64,000 nt of DNA from Anthoceros angustus (lineage: Eukaryota > Plantae > Anthocerotophyta). The stretch covers positions 180,979 to 244,978 of the forward strand of contig MU008217.1 in the NCBI GenBank assembly GCA_010909165.1. Direction: 5' to 3'. Of the stretch, positions 1 through 12,020 are shown piece by piece; position 1 is the first letter of the stretch, and each line of letters begins with the position of its first letter. Under the pieces are notes generated by a model. The model saw only the letters and a program-made list of their open reading frames with translations. It was not told the DNA's origin and made no database searches. Both the position numbers and the translations under genes were made by a program.

Positions 1-3000
1 GTCCTGTCCTGTCCTCTCCCCATCATCTCCTCACTTCATCTTACCATTGCCCACTGCCCGATGCAGCGATGCCTGTTCTGCTTCTCTTGCTTTGCCCACA
101 AAATGTTATTAGTGTGCACATGTTATCAGGTTCATCTGGCATTGCAGCTCACATCCCAGCAGCCGCACAGCCTTTTCCGGGATTCCTAGGTATCGTTCCT
201 TGCCGATCCACGCCGGATAGCCGGCAACACAAAAAGGCGAAAGGAAAAGGCAACAAAGGGGCAAGTGTTGGGCGATGGGCCATGGGCCATGGGCGATAGA
301 GACATACCTTCCAGCGCAAGGAACTTGAAGGAAGGGTTGCCCCCCAACTTGCATACGGACTCAGATTTCACAGGTAAGCAAATATTGTGGAAGATCGAGA
401 CAGGGACCCACCTCACCCCACCCCACCCCACTCCACCCCACCGCATCCCGGACCAGGCGGAGGCGGAGGCGGAGGCGGAGGCGGAGGCGGAACCTCGGTC
501 CCCACCTGTTGCCACTGTCACCTATCACTCACGAGCTCAAGGATCAAAAGCTCCCATGTCCGCGTAACCTCCATCTCTTGCCCAGCGCGAAACCCGACTT
601 CCAGCCACCCTCTTGGAAAAGGCTTCCCCAAGCACACGCTCTGTTTCTGCTCTCTTTCCCTCCTGCTGCTGCTCCTGCAGGCTGCATGAGACACTGTGCG
701 TGATTGTGTACCGGCAACAGTGGAAGCGGAATTGGAAGTGGAAGTGGAAGTGGGCACCCGGGGGAGCTGCAGCGCATGCTTTGATTATCACAAAATGCCC
801 AAACCCGCATCATTTGCTTCCACCGCACAGCACTACGGGAGCAGCAGGAGCAGGAGCAGCAGCAGTCCCCCTAATCAATCATTCTGCTCACGACCGCACA
901 CCGCAGCTTTTGGAAAGGGGAAACCAGCAAACACCGCCATATTGTATGGCATCGAAACCGCATAAGGTGCGGAAAAAAAACACGAAAAGGACTCTGACCA
1001 GGCCACCCTTCAGCACCACACCAACGTGCCATGATTCCAGGGGACTCGATTCTTATCCAGTAAAGAAAGGCAGTAACGTTAACCCACCGCCCACCCCTGC
1101 ATTATTTGTTTCTTACGCGCCCCCTCCTCCCCAAGTCCCCACCCCAATAATGAAAGGGAAATAAGTATTAAGCCCTGGAGGCTGGAACGATATGGCACTT
1201 TAGTTCAAACACGCATTCACTCCCCGTCGCAGTCAAACCCACCAAATCCTGAGCCCAGTCAAACGCACTTCTCTGTCCTCCGTCCTCCGTCCTCCGTCCG
1301 TATCACGGATGGCTTGGTTGGACCACCTCCTCTTGGACCACCTCATCCTCATCATTCCCCATGTTACAACCAAGTTACATAATCCTTTTTATTACGCTTA
1401 ACTTGCCATGCTCTAGAACTTTCCGCTTCCGTCGTACTCATAAAAAAATGTTATGTGGCGTGTAGGTACATGCAAGCCAGTGACGAGGCAGCGGCTCGCT
1501 CCATGATAGGAAAGCCAAAATCCACGAACACGAAGGACGAAACGCGTTTCCTTGCCGTTTGGCATCACGCTGTTGCTGTTGCTGTTGCTGTTGCTTTTGG
1601 CGGAGCCACCGGGTGGTAAAAAACGGAATGGAATTGGATTTTATTTAAATGGTGGGTGAAGGGTGAGCGGAGAAGACGGCGTGGAGCGTGGCGCGGCTTG
1701 GTGCTCGTCCCCCGGCGTGGTGCCTGCCGACTGCGCTTGCTTGCGTATTCATACGTATTAGTAAATTGAGAGGTCCGCATTGTGGCAGGCCGACAGACAG
1801 GCCTGAATTTCGGAAAGCCTGAAAGCATGGAAGCCTGGAAGCCTGGGCCTCAGCCTGGGGCTCTGGGCGGCAATTGCATCGGGCGCCACGACCAAACAAG
1901 CCGAGCCAAGGCAAGCCCGGCGAATCTAATTCGCAATACAGAAGAGACATGTGTGCAGTGCGCTGAGCTACAGATACGATACGTGGGAATGCAATGCAGG
2001 TCCAGGTCCAGGTCCAGGTCCAGGTCCAGGTTCAGGTCCAGCTTGGTGATTGTATTTATTATTAGGGAGCCGGATCCTGGCGCTGGGATGGGATTGGGGC
2101 AGACAGGCTGTAGTATTATGCAGTATGCTGCAGTGTGCGACTATGTATGCTGCAGTAGTTGCGTGGCACGGTGCCGGTGCCGCTGCCGGTGCCTGTTTTC
2201 TCTCTTCTGCACATATCTCTAATCGAGTGCCACTGCTGCAATACGATAGGAGGCGATGGCCGGTGTGGCAGGCTGGGGCCGCTGGGTGCCCCATTGGCCG
2301 CCTCCCAGTCCTCGCACATTTGTCTGTCAAGGCTGCACGCAGCACCCAGGCCGGAGCAAGTTATCAGACCCTAAACCAACAGCATCTGCGTACAAGTGTG
2401 GCATGTCTGTACACCAGTGCGCTGTACCCCTGGTATCGACATACATGTGGTTTGCATACTCTATAGAGATGGGAGTGGATACTTGCAGACAGACGAAGAG
2501 CATCTGGCAGCATCCATGCCAATGGGAGGAAAGGAGAGGAACAGATAACAAGGAGGGAGACGAGATGAGGTAGAGTAGGCGTCTCGTCGCAGCAGAAGCA
2601 GCGGCTGCTCTCGAGAGCCTGCGAGCGTGCCTCGGACCTGCTGCTGCCGCTGGGTTCTGGGGCCGGGCCCGGGCGCGGGATGGCGCTAAAAGAATCGGGC
2701 GCTTTGATTGACCAAGTGGGCAGCCGCGAGAGAATCTCTGGGGGGCCATTAGGCGGGCATCATGATGAGGTTTGTCCGCGCGAGGACAGACCAAAACACG
2801 GTTTAGCATCTCGTAGTTGGTGAGGCCGCCTCTTGCCCACCCCTGGCCTCTGCAAGTCTGCAAGCCTGCACCCGGTGTCCCTTCATTCCTGCTGCCCCCT
2901 GCCATTTATCTATGTATTGAATCGAGAATGCCACCACAGATGCTTTCAAGGCTACAACCTGCAGGATGGAATAGAAAAGGTTTGAAGAGTGGCGGATTCC

Positions 3001-4910
3001 ATTCCGCGTAACTCAATGCTGGGCTTAACCGACTGTGTCATGAGAGTCAGTCGTGTGAGGGAGCTGCTCATCACGCTTATCATAATTGGGATTCGTAATG
3101 CCGTAAGCATAACGAGATGCAGACTGCAGAGGCCATTTCGTCATGCCATGGCCCCCGGCTGAACAAACGCGGATGTAGGCAATGCGTGTTGTGAAAGGCA
3201 CCCGCAATGCATACATAATACATGCACATGTAGTGCAGGATTGTACATAATTGTATATAGGCCGGGTGAAATGCCAGCTCGATGTGCTTTGTCCGCTTGC
3301 AGCTGTACCTCGCCTTACCTTATAGCACGGAACAAGACGCTGCGCTGGGCTGGCTGGGTTGGGCTGGCTGGCCTGGACTGGACTGGACTGGACTGGACTG
3401 GCGTGGTGTGGCGTGGCGTGGCGTGGCGTGGCGTGGCCTGGCCTGGCCTGGCCTGGCCTGGCCTGGCCTGGCCTGGCCTGGCCTGGCCTGCCGCTTCCCT
3501 TCCGTACTGGGTCCTGGCCTGGCCTGCGGCAGTGGCCACCCACCCACCAGCCAGTCCCGGAGCCGGAGCCGGAGCCGGAGTTGAGCAGGAGCCGGTCAGA
3601 GACCGGCTCAGGTCACGTCAGGTCATAGAGGATATTTGTTGGAGGTCCCATGTCGCTTTTGGAGTATGGTCTGGGCCCCACCCCCGCTGCTCTTCTCTCT
3701 CTCTACCTTCGCGTTTTAGGGCACTCCCGAAAAATAATAATAAGCGAGGCTGTTTGTCTGTCCCCGTCCCGGGTCCCGGGTCCCGACTCCCCGTCACCGT
3801 CAGCGTCACCGTCACCGTCACCGTCCCCGTCCTGGTCCCGTATCCCAAGTTGGCATGCATGGGTGTTAACCGTTAACGTCAGGGGCAGCGGAGGGTGGCA
3901 AACGCCACGGGAGACGGGACGGGACGGGACGGGACGGGACGGGACACAACAGAACAGAACAGAACGGGCGCCAGCGTGCTGGCACGGCACAGCCTCTCCC
4001 ATCAGCACGTGACGGCCAGCCCAGGCTCGGTCCTTGCCCCTGCCCACATGAATGATGGGCCTGCCCCTGCCCCTGCCCCTGCCCCTGCCCCTTCCCACTC
4101 TTGTGCCCTGCTGTGTACACGTATCTTGTGAAGCTGTACATACATACTACATACACAAAGCTGGAAAGACGGAAAACATGGCGAAATGGCAAAAAGCATG
4201 GGGAATGGGATCCATCCCATTCCCATACGTTCCATACACCATGTTGTAGCCTGATAGAGCAGTCGCAGCTGGGCACTGACGAAAGTGCTTGGACTGGAGT
4301 GGTCCCCGCATGCGCCAAACAACACAAGACAGGAGCGATCATGCGTTTTAGCTGTGCTGCAGCGGAGCCGAGCAGTGCAGGATGCAGGATGCAGGATGCA
4401 GGTGCTGTGCCGGCCCTGGCCTGGCCTTGGGTCCAGGCTCTGCGCCTGCGACTGCGCTTTCCTTCCTTCCCGTCCGCCGTTCCGCCGTTAGAAGCCCGCG
4501 AACCCCGTAACTTCTCCGGCACCGGGGCCCGTTCCCCGTTCCCCCGTTCCCCGTTCCCACCCCGTTGTGTTGGCCTGAGGGGCAGGCAGCATGTCGCCGT
4601 CCCCGGGCCGTGCCTCACGTGTGAGCACTCAATGCCCCCTGCGGTCGCCCCCTCCACACTACTTAAAGCTGGTCAAAACCGACGGGGCTTCACCACGTGA
4701 ACTCCACACATGGGACACTCCCACTGCCCACCATGTACACATATGTACATACCACTAGTACTCGCACCACACAGCGACAGCACGCTCCGATCTCCGATCT
4801 CCGATCGCCACCACCCACAAAACGGAATAACTCATCAAACGGGACGCAAAATCTTTGTCCCGGACCCGCGTCCCGCTTCCCGCTTCCCGCTTCCCGCTTC
4901 CCGCTTCCCG
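1..4910. repeat. Dense cluster of about 17 different 5-7 bp microsatellite arrays
   Basis: Directly visible: (GAGGCG)n ~455-490, (GGAAGT)n ~721-751, (GCTGTT)n ~1566-1592, (AGGTCC)n ~1999-2040, compound pentamer 3372-3490, (GTCACC)n ~3793-3825, (GGGAC)n(ACAGA)n ~3914-3965, (CCTGCC)n ~4061-4090, (CCCCGTT)n ~4526-4556, (CTTCCCG)n ~4874-4908. Confidence 0.95.
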
Positions 4911-7228
4911 GGCCCAGGCCCCGGAACAGCCAATCAAGCTTACCTCGCGCTCCAGGATCGAATCGAATTTTGGGGTCTCGTCACTCCATACCGTCATCGC
5001 TGCTTCTACAAACTTATCAGTCATCGAGCTCCAGTTATGTAAGTTACGCATGTGGATTGTGGAATGGTGGATCGGGACATTCTCTACACTTTTTACCAAC
5101 TGGACTCACTGTTTGGAGCACAACGTTTCGAGCTCAGCAGCTGCGCACCACTCACCACCCTGCCACAATCTTGCAGCTACACCACCCACGCCAGTTTCCA
5201 ACATCTCCTACACATGCCTGCCCAGTTGAGCTCACTCACCACAATCCGCATTGTATGTGTGCCTCGGCGTCACTGTCCACCAATGCGTCTCTTTACTGCT
5301 GGAACTCAAACTACCATTTCACACTTTCACATGCTCTCCATTTCGGCTCTCAATTCCAAGTGGATATTCATACCAACTCACTCCCATCAATGTAGGCATC
5401 AAAGGAACCAGAATCACAGCCTGCAGCCAGGCCTACACGTTTCTCAGACCATGCCTCTTCCGTTGCAACGCAGTGCAGGAGGAGCCTCGGACCGACTTTT
5501 TTTTCCTGCTACCGTTCCAGGTTCCAGTGACAACCACCTGCAGCTGCATGCATCAAACCCGCCTCGCTCTCCAATTCCACACCCCCCCGTACTATTCCAA
5601 ACACGTTCATGAGTTCCTACTCCACCAATTCAGCACCACCCTCGTTCCGTGGCCTAGCCTAACCCCTCCAGCTCCCACCCCTTCCCCTCCACCTCTCTTG
5701 GCAACCACCAACTCTGACAGGGGCACACCTACGTATATGTGCCTGAATGCAGACCCTCGGGAACTTCGAGCATCGCCGCAGCCACCTGCTCACACGCACA
5801 ACAGCACCACTGTCTCCTGCACCACAACGTCCCGAATATGCAGGCTCGGATGATGCTGTCCAGCGTTCCTTTTACTGCTAGACCCTGACTGCGGCTTACC
5901 CATCACGACACAACTTGGACTGGCTTCCTGTGGACAGGACAACCATTCTCCATGCCTCTGCGTCTTCCAGATGCCTCGCACGGACCCACACCATGTTCGC
6001 GATGCAAGCCATTCTGTTCGCCTGCTGCACCTCAAGCATGCACGACAACCGGGAGAGGCTCCACACCAAGCAATTAAAACGCTTGCCAATGTAAAGCTAG
6101 GTGAAGCCACATTTCAATCCTTTATTGAAATGCGCTATGAGCGAAATGTTTGAAAGGCGCCATTACCAGTGCCTCACACCCAACGTGCTCCACAAACTAG
6201 GAAGGAGCCTACAAGGTCACCTTCCTTTCTCTAGGAGCCTACAAGGTCACTTTCCTTTCCTTCTCCATCAAGATCCCTCGTTAGTTTCGCTCATGTAGCT
6301 TCACATCACCAAATTCCTGTGGGATTATCCACAGCAGCTCCCATCTCAATAGAAGTCTATCATGTTTTCTCTATACATCGCATGAGTTATCTCTTGTAAA
6401 GACCCTCAAAAGGAAGAGGCAGGGTGAAGAGGTTTGGTCCCTCCCGAAAGGCCATCCCGGGTCAAAGCGCGTCGAGTCGATGATCTTTAGGATTCGTTTT
6501 GCGGACGGACCACAACATGGGAATTGCGCTTCGCGCTTTACCACTTTTCACCAAAATTTGCAAGATTATAATAACGCTATCCCTTAACTTGGCTGAAGTT
6601 CCCGTCTTTGGCTTGGCGTAAATAGGAGCTCCAGCCACGGTTAACGTATAGCATTACTAAATGAGAGACTCCATAAGCTCAAAGAGTCGGCGTTCTTGTT
6701 GCTTATGCCTTGCTGGAGGGCATAACCCTGGCATCGCTACCAACTTTCGGAGCCCAACAAAAGCGTTGTTTTTTTTTGGATTCGCGGATACGCAGTTACT
6801 CTATGCTCGAGAGGCTTGTTGTGTGGGAATGTGTAGTTTTTTTGTCGGTGAATTCTTAAGAGATTAGAAAATTTAATTTTCAATACTTCAACAGTCGAGT
6901 GGCGGTCCCATGTTTTAAGCGACAACAATGTGTTGAGGCTCCCCCGTTCCACTTTAGAGACTAAAGCCTGTCCTTTTTATGAAGTTATAGCTTCTTGCTA
7001 ACCAAGAGCAATAGTGTGATGTGGGTGTGGGTGGATTTGATAGTCTTGTACATTAAGAGATGTAAGTAGGACTTGGGTGATAAAGAGGTGGAAGGCAGAT
7101 TGTGTATAGTAGGTTGTGAGCAATGTTTTGTTAGTATTGTTGTGAAAAGTGTAGACTCTGCAAGCTATTGACTGTGTATTCTGGTGTGGACTGTGAATTG
7201 TGATGTGGATTATGTTGTACAATAGCTA

Positions 7229-7272
7229 TGGTTGTGGTTGTGGTTGTGGTTGTGGTTGTGGTTGTGGTTGTG
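7229..7272 (+). repeat. (GGTTGT)n microsatellite
   Basis: About 7 direct units visible. Confidence 0.95.
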
Positions 7273-9389
7273 GCTGGAACTGTGACAACGGTATGGATGA
7301 AATTGTGGCTCCATATGCTGCGGCAAATAACTATGACATGTGTAAAGTGGCATATATTGTGGACTATGTTGTGGATAAACCTGTAGACTGTGTTGTGGAT
7401 TATGCACAACACAGTCTTCGCATACACGGTCTCCACAGTCACACGATAGAACCACAGTCTTCACACACGTTTTCCTACATGAATCCTTGAAGTCAAGAAA
7501 CCACGTCCTAGAGCCATAGAATATGGAGCCTACAAAGTCACAAGCCATGGTACAATTGCGTGTTCACACACATTTTCCTCTTTAATTCCTGAAGCCAAGA
7601 AACCACGATAGAGTCATAGTATGCGAGGAAGCCCATTATTTTGACCTCAGAGCAATTCACATATCACGCACAGTCCACATATATGCCATAGTATATTTAC
7701 AACATTATATATGCCACAATATATTTGAAATAATATTTTTGTCACATTATGTTTGAAATAATATTTTTGCCACAATATACATGCCACAGTCTATTTGGCC
7801 CAATGTATTTGTCACAATATACTTGTCACACAATACTATTCACAACCTTTATCCCCTTTTTCAGTACGCTTAAAATCTCAACCCACTCTCATCACTACTA
7901 ACTATCAAGACTGTATCCCAGAATAATAACCCACCTCTCTCGAAGTTGGCTTGTGACTTCGTAGACTCCCTATTTTGCAAAGGAGATGTGAATTGTCACA
8001 TTTTGCTAAACCTGTCAGTGGTTGTGGGAGGTGGGGATTTGCCTGTAATTTCATCCCATGTTTGCTGGCTAATAAGTTTGATGTGCTTTGCATGGAGCAA
8101 GAGCCTGCATTCGAGCTCGATAGTTTGGACCCTAAATCTGGCCACAATTAGACCTGATGAATTCGAGCCTTCTCCATTACAACGCAGACAACAAACACAA
8201 CTTTGTGGAAAGTGAACATGTTCTTCGTATGAGGCATTGGTCATATACATGGGCATGAGACAAGCCAAGAAGGCCGCGCATGCCGGTTTAACTACCTTGT
8301 TATTGGTTTCCTATACTAGACATTAGGTTTTCTGGTTTTTACTAGAGTTAGTTGGGGGTTCCTGTTTTACACCATTTACTCTTGTTTAATGGGTATCAAC
8401 CTATTTATCTAATTAATTATTTTTTATTTATCTAGTTGTCTTCAATTTACCTTTTAATCGAATTATCTACCGGGTCAGCTGACATTATCATATCATTATC
8501 GAATCGGGAAATAGGTACGTCTGGTTTTCGCGGTTCTCTCTTCTTGGGTTGTGGAATCTGTGAGCAACAATAGGTCAGGTAGTACTGGGCTATAGAGGTC
8601 ACAGGATGGTTGTTGGTCCGTAATCGTTTCACGCTTTCTAGGTGGAAATTGACATGAAAATTGACAAAATGCAGGAGGTGCACTGGGGCGCTAAATTGCT
8701 TTTCGAACTGTGGGGCCTCCATGGGATAGGCAGTAAGTGAGAATGTGGCCAGGACGTGGGACTGCGATGCACATCATGTTGTCGGCAATTCGCGGGCCGT
8801 TGGTGACTAGCTTACCATCTTTGAAGAAGGCGGTCAACAATTACTCATGTGTCAATCATGCTCAGCACCTTTCCTACATACCGAGCGCGTACAATTTAAT
8901 GATGAGGAGTGTGTCTCTTCTTCAGAATAGTATCTATATGGGAGGGTGGAGATTGTTTTTCAAGTTCTCAATGCATACGGCATGTTTGAATCGTACCAGG
9001 GTAAGAGTGATGAGGAAGTTTTAAATGACCTCGTCCTCCTTTGTCAGTGAGTTTATGGAAGTGTTTGTTGACTCGGTTCTAGCATATCTGAAGAACCTAT
9101 CACCATTGCCAGAAGAAGCCTTCAAGAGGATGATTTTCTATGATCCGGACCTGGCTAGAAGTAAATGTAAAGAATGTGTTGAATGATCTTGCTTCATTTA
9201 GATAAAATAGCCCAAGACACAACTTCTGGTTCAGGTTCTACGCCCATAGTGGTGACGAAGGCAACCATGGTCCTCAACGCTTTTATGGACGTCGACTTTG
9301 CTAAGGTTAATGTCGTAAGTCTCAATTTGTAGATTGGTTTCTTTTTTGATTTGTGTTAATAGAATGATGTTGTGCTGAGGGCTTCATGC

Positions 9390-10030
9390 CAAAGGCTTTC
9401 AAAAACATGGGGATAATGTTTTAGTTTTATATGTAGCTTTCAAAGCATTTTGCTCACATGTATAGGCTATGTAGCATTTTGTAACAAGGAACATTTACGC
9501 TCAGGGCCGAGGAAATGCTCATGGTGGAAAACATGCAGCCCTAATCATGAGCACTTTAAAATTTGTGCATTCTGGCATGCCTGTAGATTCTCTGTGGCTA
9601 TGATGGTTTTGAGGCATTTGTCTTTAAAAGCAGGGTTACTATGTATATTTCAAAATGCAACTATCCAGGCTCCTATCATGATAAGGGTCAAAGTGCAAAC
9701 TACAGACGAGATGTATAGGTATGTGGTCAATAAATAGTAAGGCATAGGATCATATTGATGTAACATGGCCTGACTTTGCTAAGGATGACAGGAACCTGCG
9801 ATTTAAGATAGCTATAGATGGTATGAATTCATTTGCAAAATTTGGGACAAGAACCATCTTACAATGTCTAAAGTTTTGGCCATGGTTGTTGTGTACAATT
9901 TGCTACTTGCTTTAATTACGAAAGATAGATACATGTTGTTGTCTTTTCTTATTTCTATTAGAAAGCAAGTATGGAGAATCTGGATGTTTACCTACAACCA
10001 TTCATTGATGAATTCCAAGAGTTATGTGTA
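9390..10030 (+). mobile_element. Degenerate CACTA (En/Spm) Tnp2-type transposase fragment
   Basis: Frameshifted translation gives ...MVLRHLSL...; HIDVTWPDFAKDDRNLRFKIAIDGMNSF (from 9751); VVVYNL...RYMLLSFLIS; ENLDVYLQPFIDEFQEL (to ~10030). This follows the Transposase_21 consensus (WPDFAxDPRNLRLxLxxDGxNPF...YNLPP...DVYLQPLIDEL). Contains stops and frameshifts. Confidence 0.85.
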
Positions 10031-10914
10031 GACTCTCTCATCCACATAGCGGAGGTCGTGGTTTCCACTCTTTACTCCTTTCTTTATTTATTTTGGGTTC
10101 GATTTTGAAGCAGTTACCTTGATGTCTTAGTTTTCTGCTTGGTGTCTTAGTTTTTTATCCTCTCTAAGACTTCGAGTCCTTGCCTAGGTTTTGTAAGACT
10201 TTGAATCCTTCCCCGAGTTAAGTAATTCAAAGTCTTATCCATGTTACCTGGTGCTTGAACCTTACAACCTCATAATTTAGGCTTGTGAATGTTTTAATGG
10301 ACGTAAGGAATCGGCTGTGGTAGCAGGCAGATCCTCCGTGTTCAAATTCTAACCACGCCCCTTGGCTGCCCTATGCAGGTAGATGTTTTGGCTCCATTAA
10401 TTAAGCTGAATTAAGTTGGAGAGGTATATGGACTGTTCAGCTAAAGTAAGTCCGGTCCATTTTGGTACCTTTTGACATATAGATGATTTTTCCTTAGATG
10501 ACAATTGCTTGACAATATTTTGTTTGGTTTCATGAGTAGCATGTAAAGGGGTTTGGGTTCATGTTTAGTTTGTGTCATAACACTTTGTAGTTTTTAGACT
10601 CCAATTCAAAGTCCTAATAAGGTTAAATAAGACTTTGGGTCCACTCTGGGTCCTAACTCAAAGCCTCGAACCTCATAACAAGAAAGTGACATAGCCACCT
10701 GAGCAAGCACACTTCCACAGCCAACATCCATGGGGCTTGAACTAGCCACCACAACCCTAGATGCACCACATGATAGTTGCAGAGGTGCCTCCACTCCACT
10801 CCACTCCACAAACCCAACACTTACACCATATCCACCATAATGCCAGCATACATCACAAACATCCTAGCTTTCGCCACCGGCAAAACCCTAGTGGGAGAAC
10901 AAGCAGAATCAAGA

Positions 10915-11077
10915 ATCGTCTTCAACACCAGCATAACAAACACCAACCAAACATCAAGCACGCGAAGCATCGTCTTCAACACCAGCATAACAAACACCGG
11001 CCAAACATCAAGCACGCGAGGCATCCGTCTTCAACACCAGCATAACAAACATCGGCCAAACGTCAAGCGCGCGAAGC
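10915..11077 (+). repeat. Three tandem copies of a 54-bp unit (ATCGTCTTCAACACCAGCATAACAAACACC...GCGAAGC)
   Basis: Units start at 10915, 10969 and 11023 with few substitutions and no spacers. Confidence 0.95.
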
Positions 11078-11423
11078 AGAGCACCCGTTCAAAAAATACC
11101 ATTGAGCTAAGAACCATGCGACCTAGACTCGATTATAAAATAATCAGCAAAACCAGGGGCAATGATAGGACCAACGCAGAAGTTCATCAAGAACCATAAT
11201 GTTGGCAACGTACCATACTCAAAGAACCACACAAATATCAAATAAATATATTTAAAGTAAAATAGGTAAAAAAGGTAATATAAGATCACTCAAAGTATTT
11301 AATTAAAAAATAATTAAGATAAAATAATAACCATATTCATTATACATAGTTCTTTATTGAGGGAAAAAAATTATTCAACATCCAAGGTAGACCTCCAAAG
11401 GCCTGCGGGGAAAAGAAGCAACT

Positions 11424-11649
11424 ATGAAGAAGAAGAAGAATTTTATTTAAGTCCACTAAGGACGGATTTCCGACATGGGACTTGGTACTTAACAACTTGT
11501 ACCATGGTGTGCCTAAGCTATTTGTACCAAGGGCATCTAGATCGGTACTTAGATGGGGTGCCTAAAAAAGGCACAAGTTGTTAAGTACCAAGTCCCATGT
11601 CGGAAATTTGTCCTTAGTGGACTTAAATAAAATTCTTCTTCTTCTTCAT
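11424..11649. mobile_element. Palindromic (tails-outward) derivative of a short interspersed element, with ~70-bp terminal inverted repeats
   Basis: Left arm ATGAAGAAGAAGAAGAATTTTATTTAAGTCCACTAAGGAC...ACTTGT is the reverse complement of the right arm ending ...GTCCTTAGTGGACTTAAATAAAATTCTTCTTCTTCTTCAT. Same family as 24239-24442 and 32428-32631. Confidence 0.8.
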
Positions 11650-12020
11650 TTGGACACTAAGCTTCCCTAAGGTCACCTACAATAAACATGACATTATTGT
11701 GCGCTAACAACGTATATGCAGTGTATGCAGTAGACGCATGAAGAATGAAGGGTCTACATAACCCGCGTATTGACGGTACTTGCTTGAAAAACACAGCGCA
11801 CTTCTACCTGCTCTTCACCACTATTGTATGAACATGAGATGCGCTTGTTAAGTAGTGTGAACAATCAGCTTACCTATTAAAAGGACAAGTCAATTTACAG
11901 CCAAAAGGAATGCAGGACACGCTGATGGTGCCAGTGCGTCTTTGGTTCAAAGCCGCGGTGTCACGCTGGTGAGCTCCATCGTGTCACTTGGGAATCGGAG
12001 TGGCTGCATTCTTCGGAAGG

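Noticed and set aside
69-4700. Many overlapping ORFs with dipeptide or pentapeptide repeats
   Set aside because: They are translations of microsatellites, with no domain or splice support.
4950-6150. Coding-like stretch that might be a gene or TE remnant
   Set aside because: All frames have stops and I could not recognise a motif; left unannotated.
10915-11077. Possible CRISPR-like array
   Set aside because: The units are contiguous with no unique spacers, the context is eukaryotic, and there are no cas genes.
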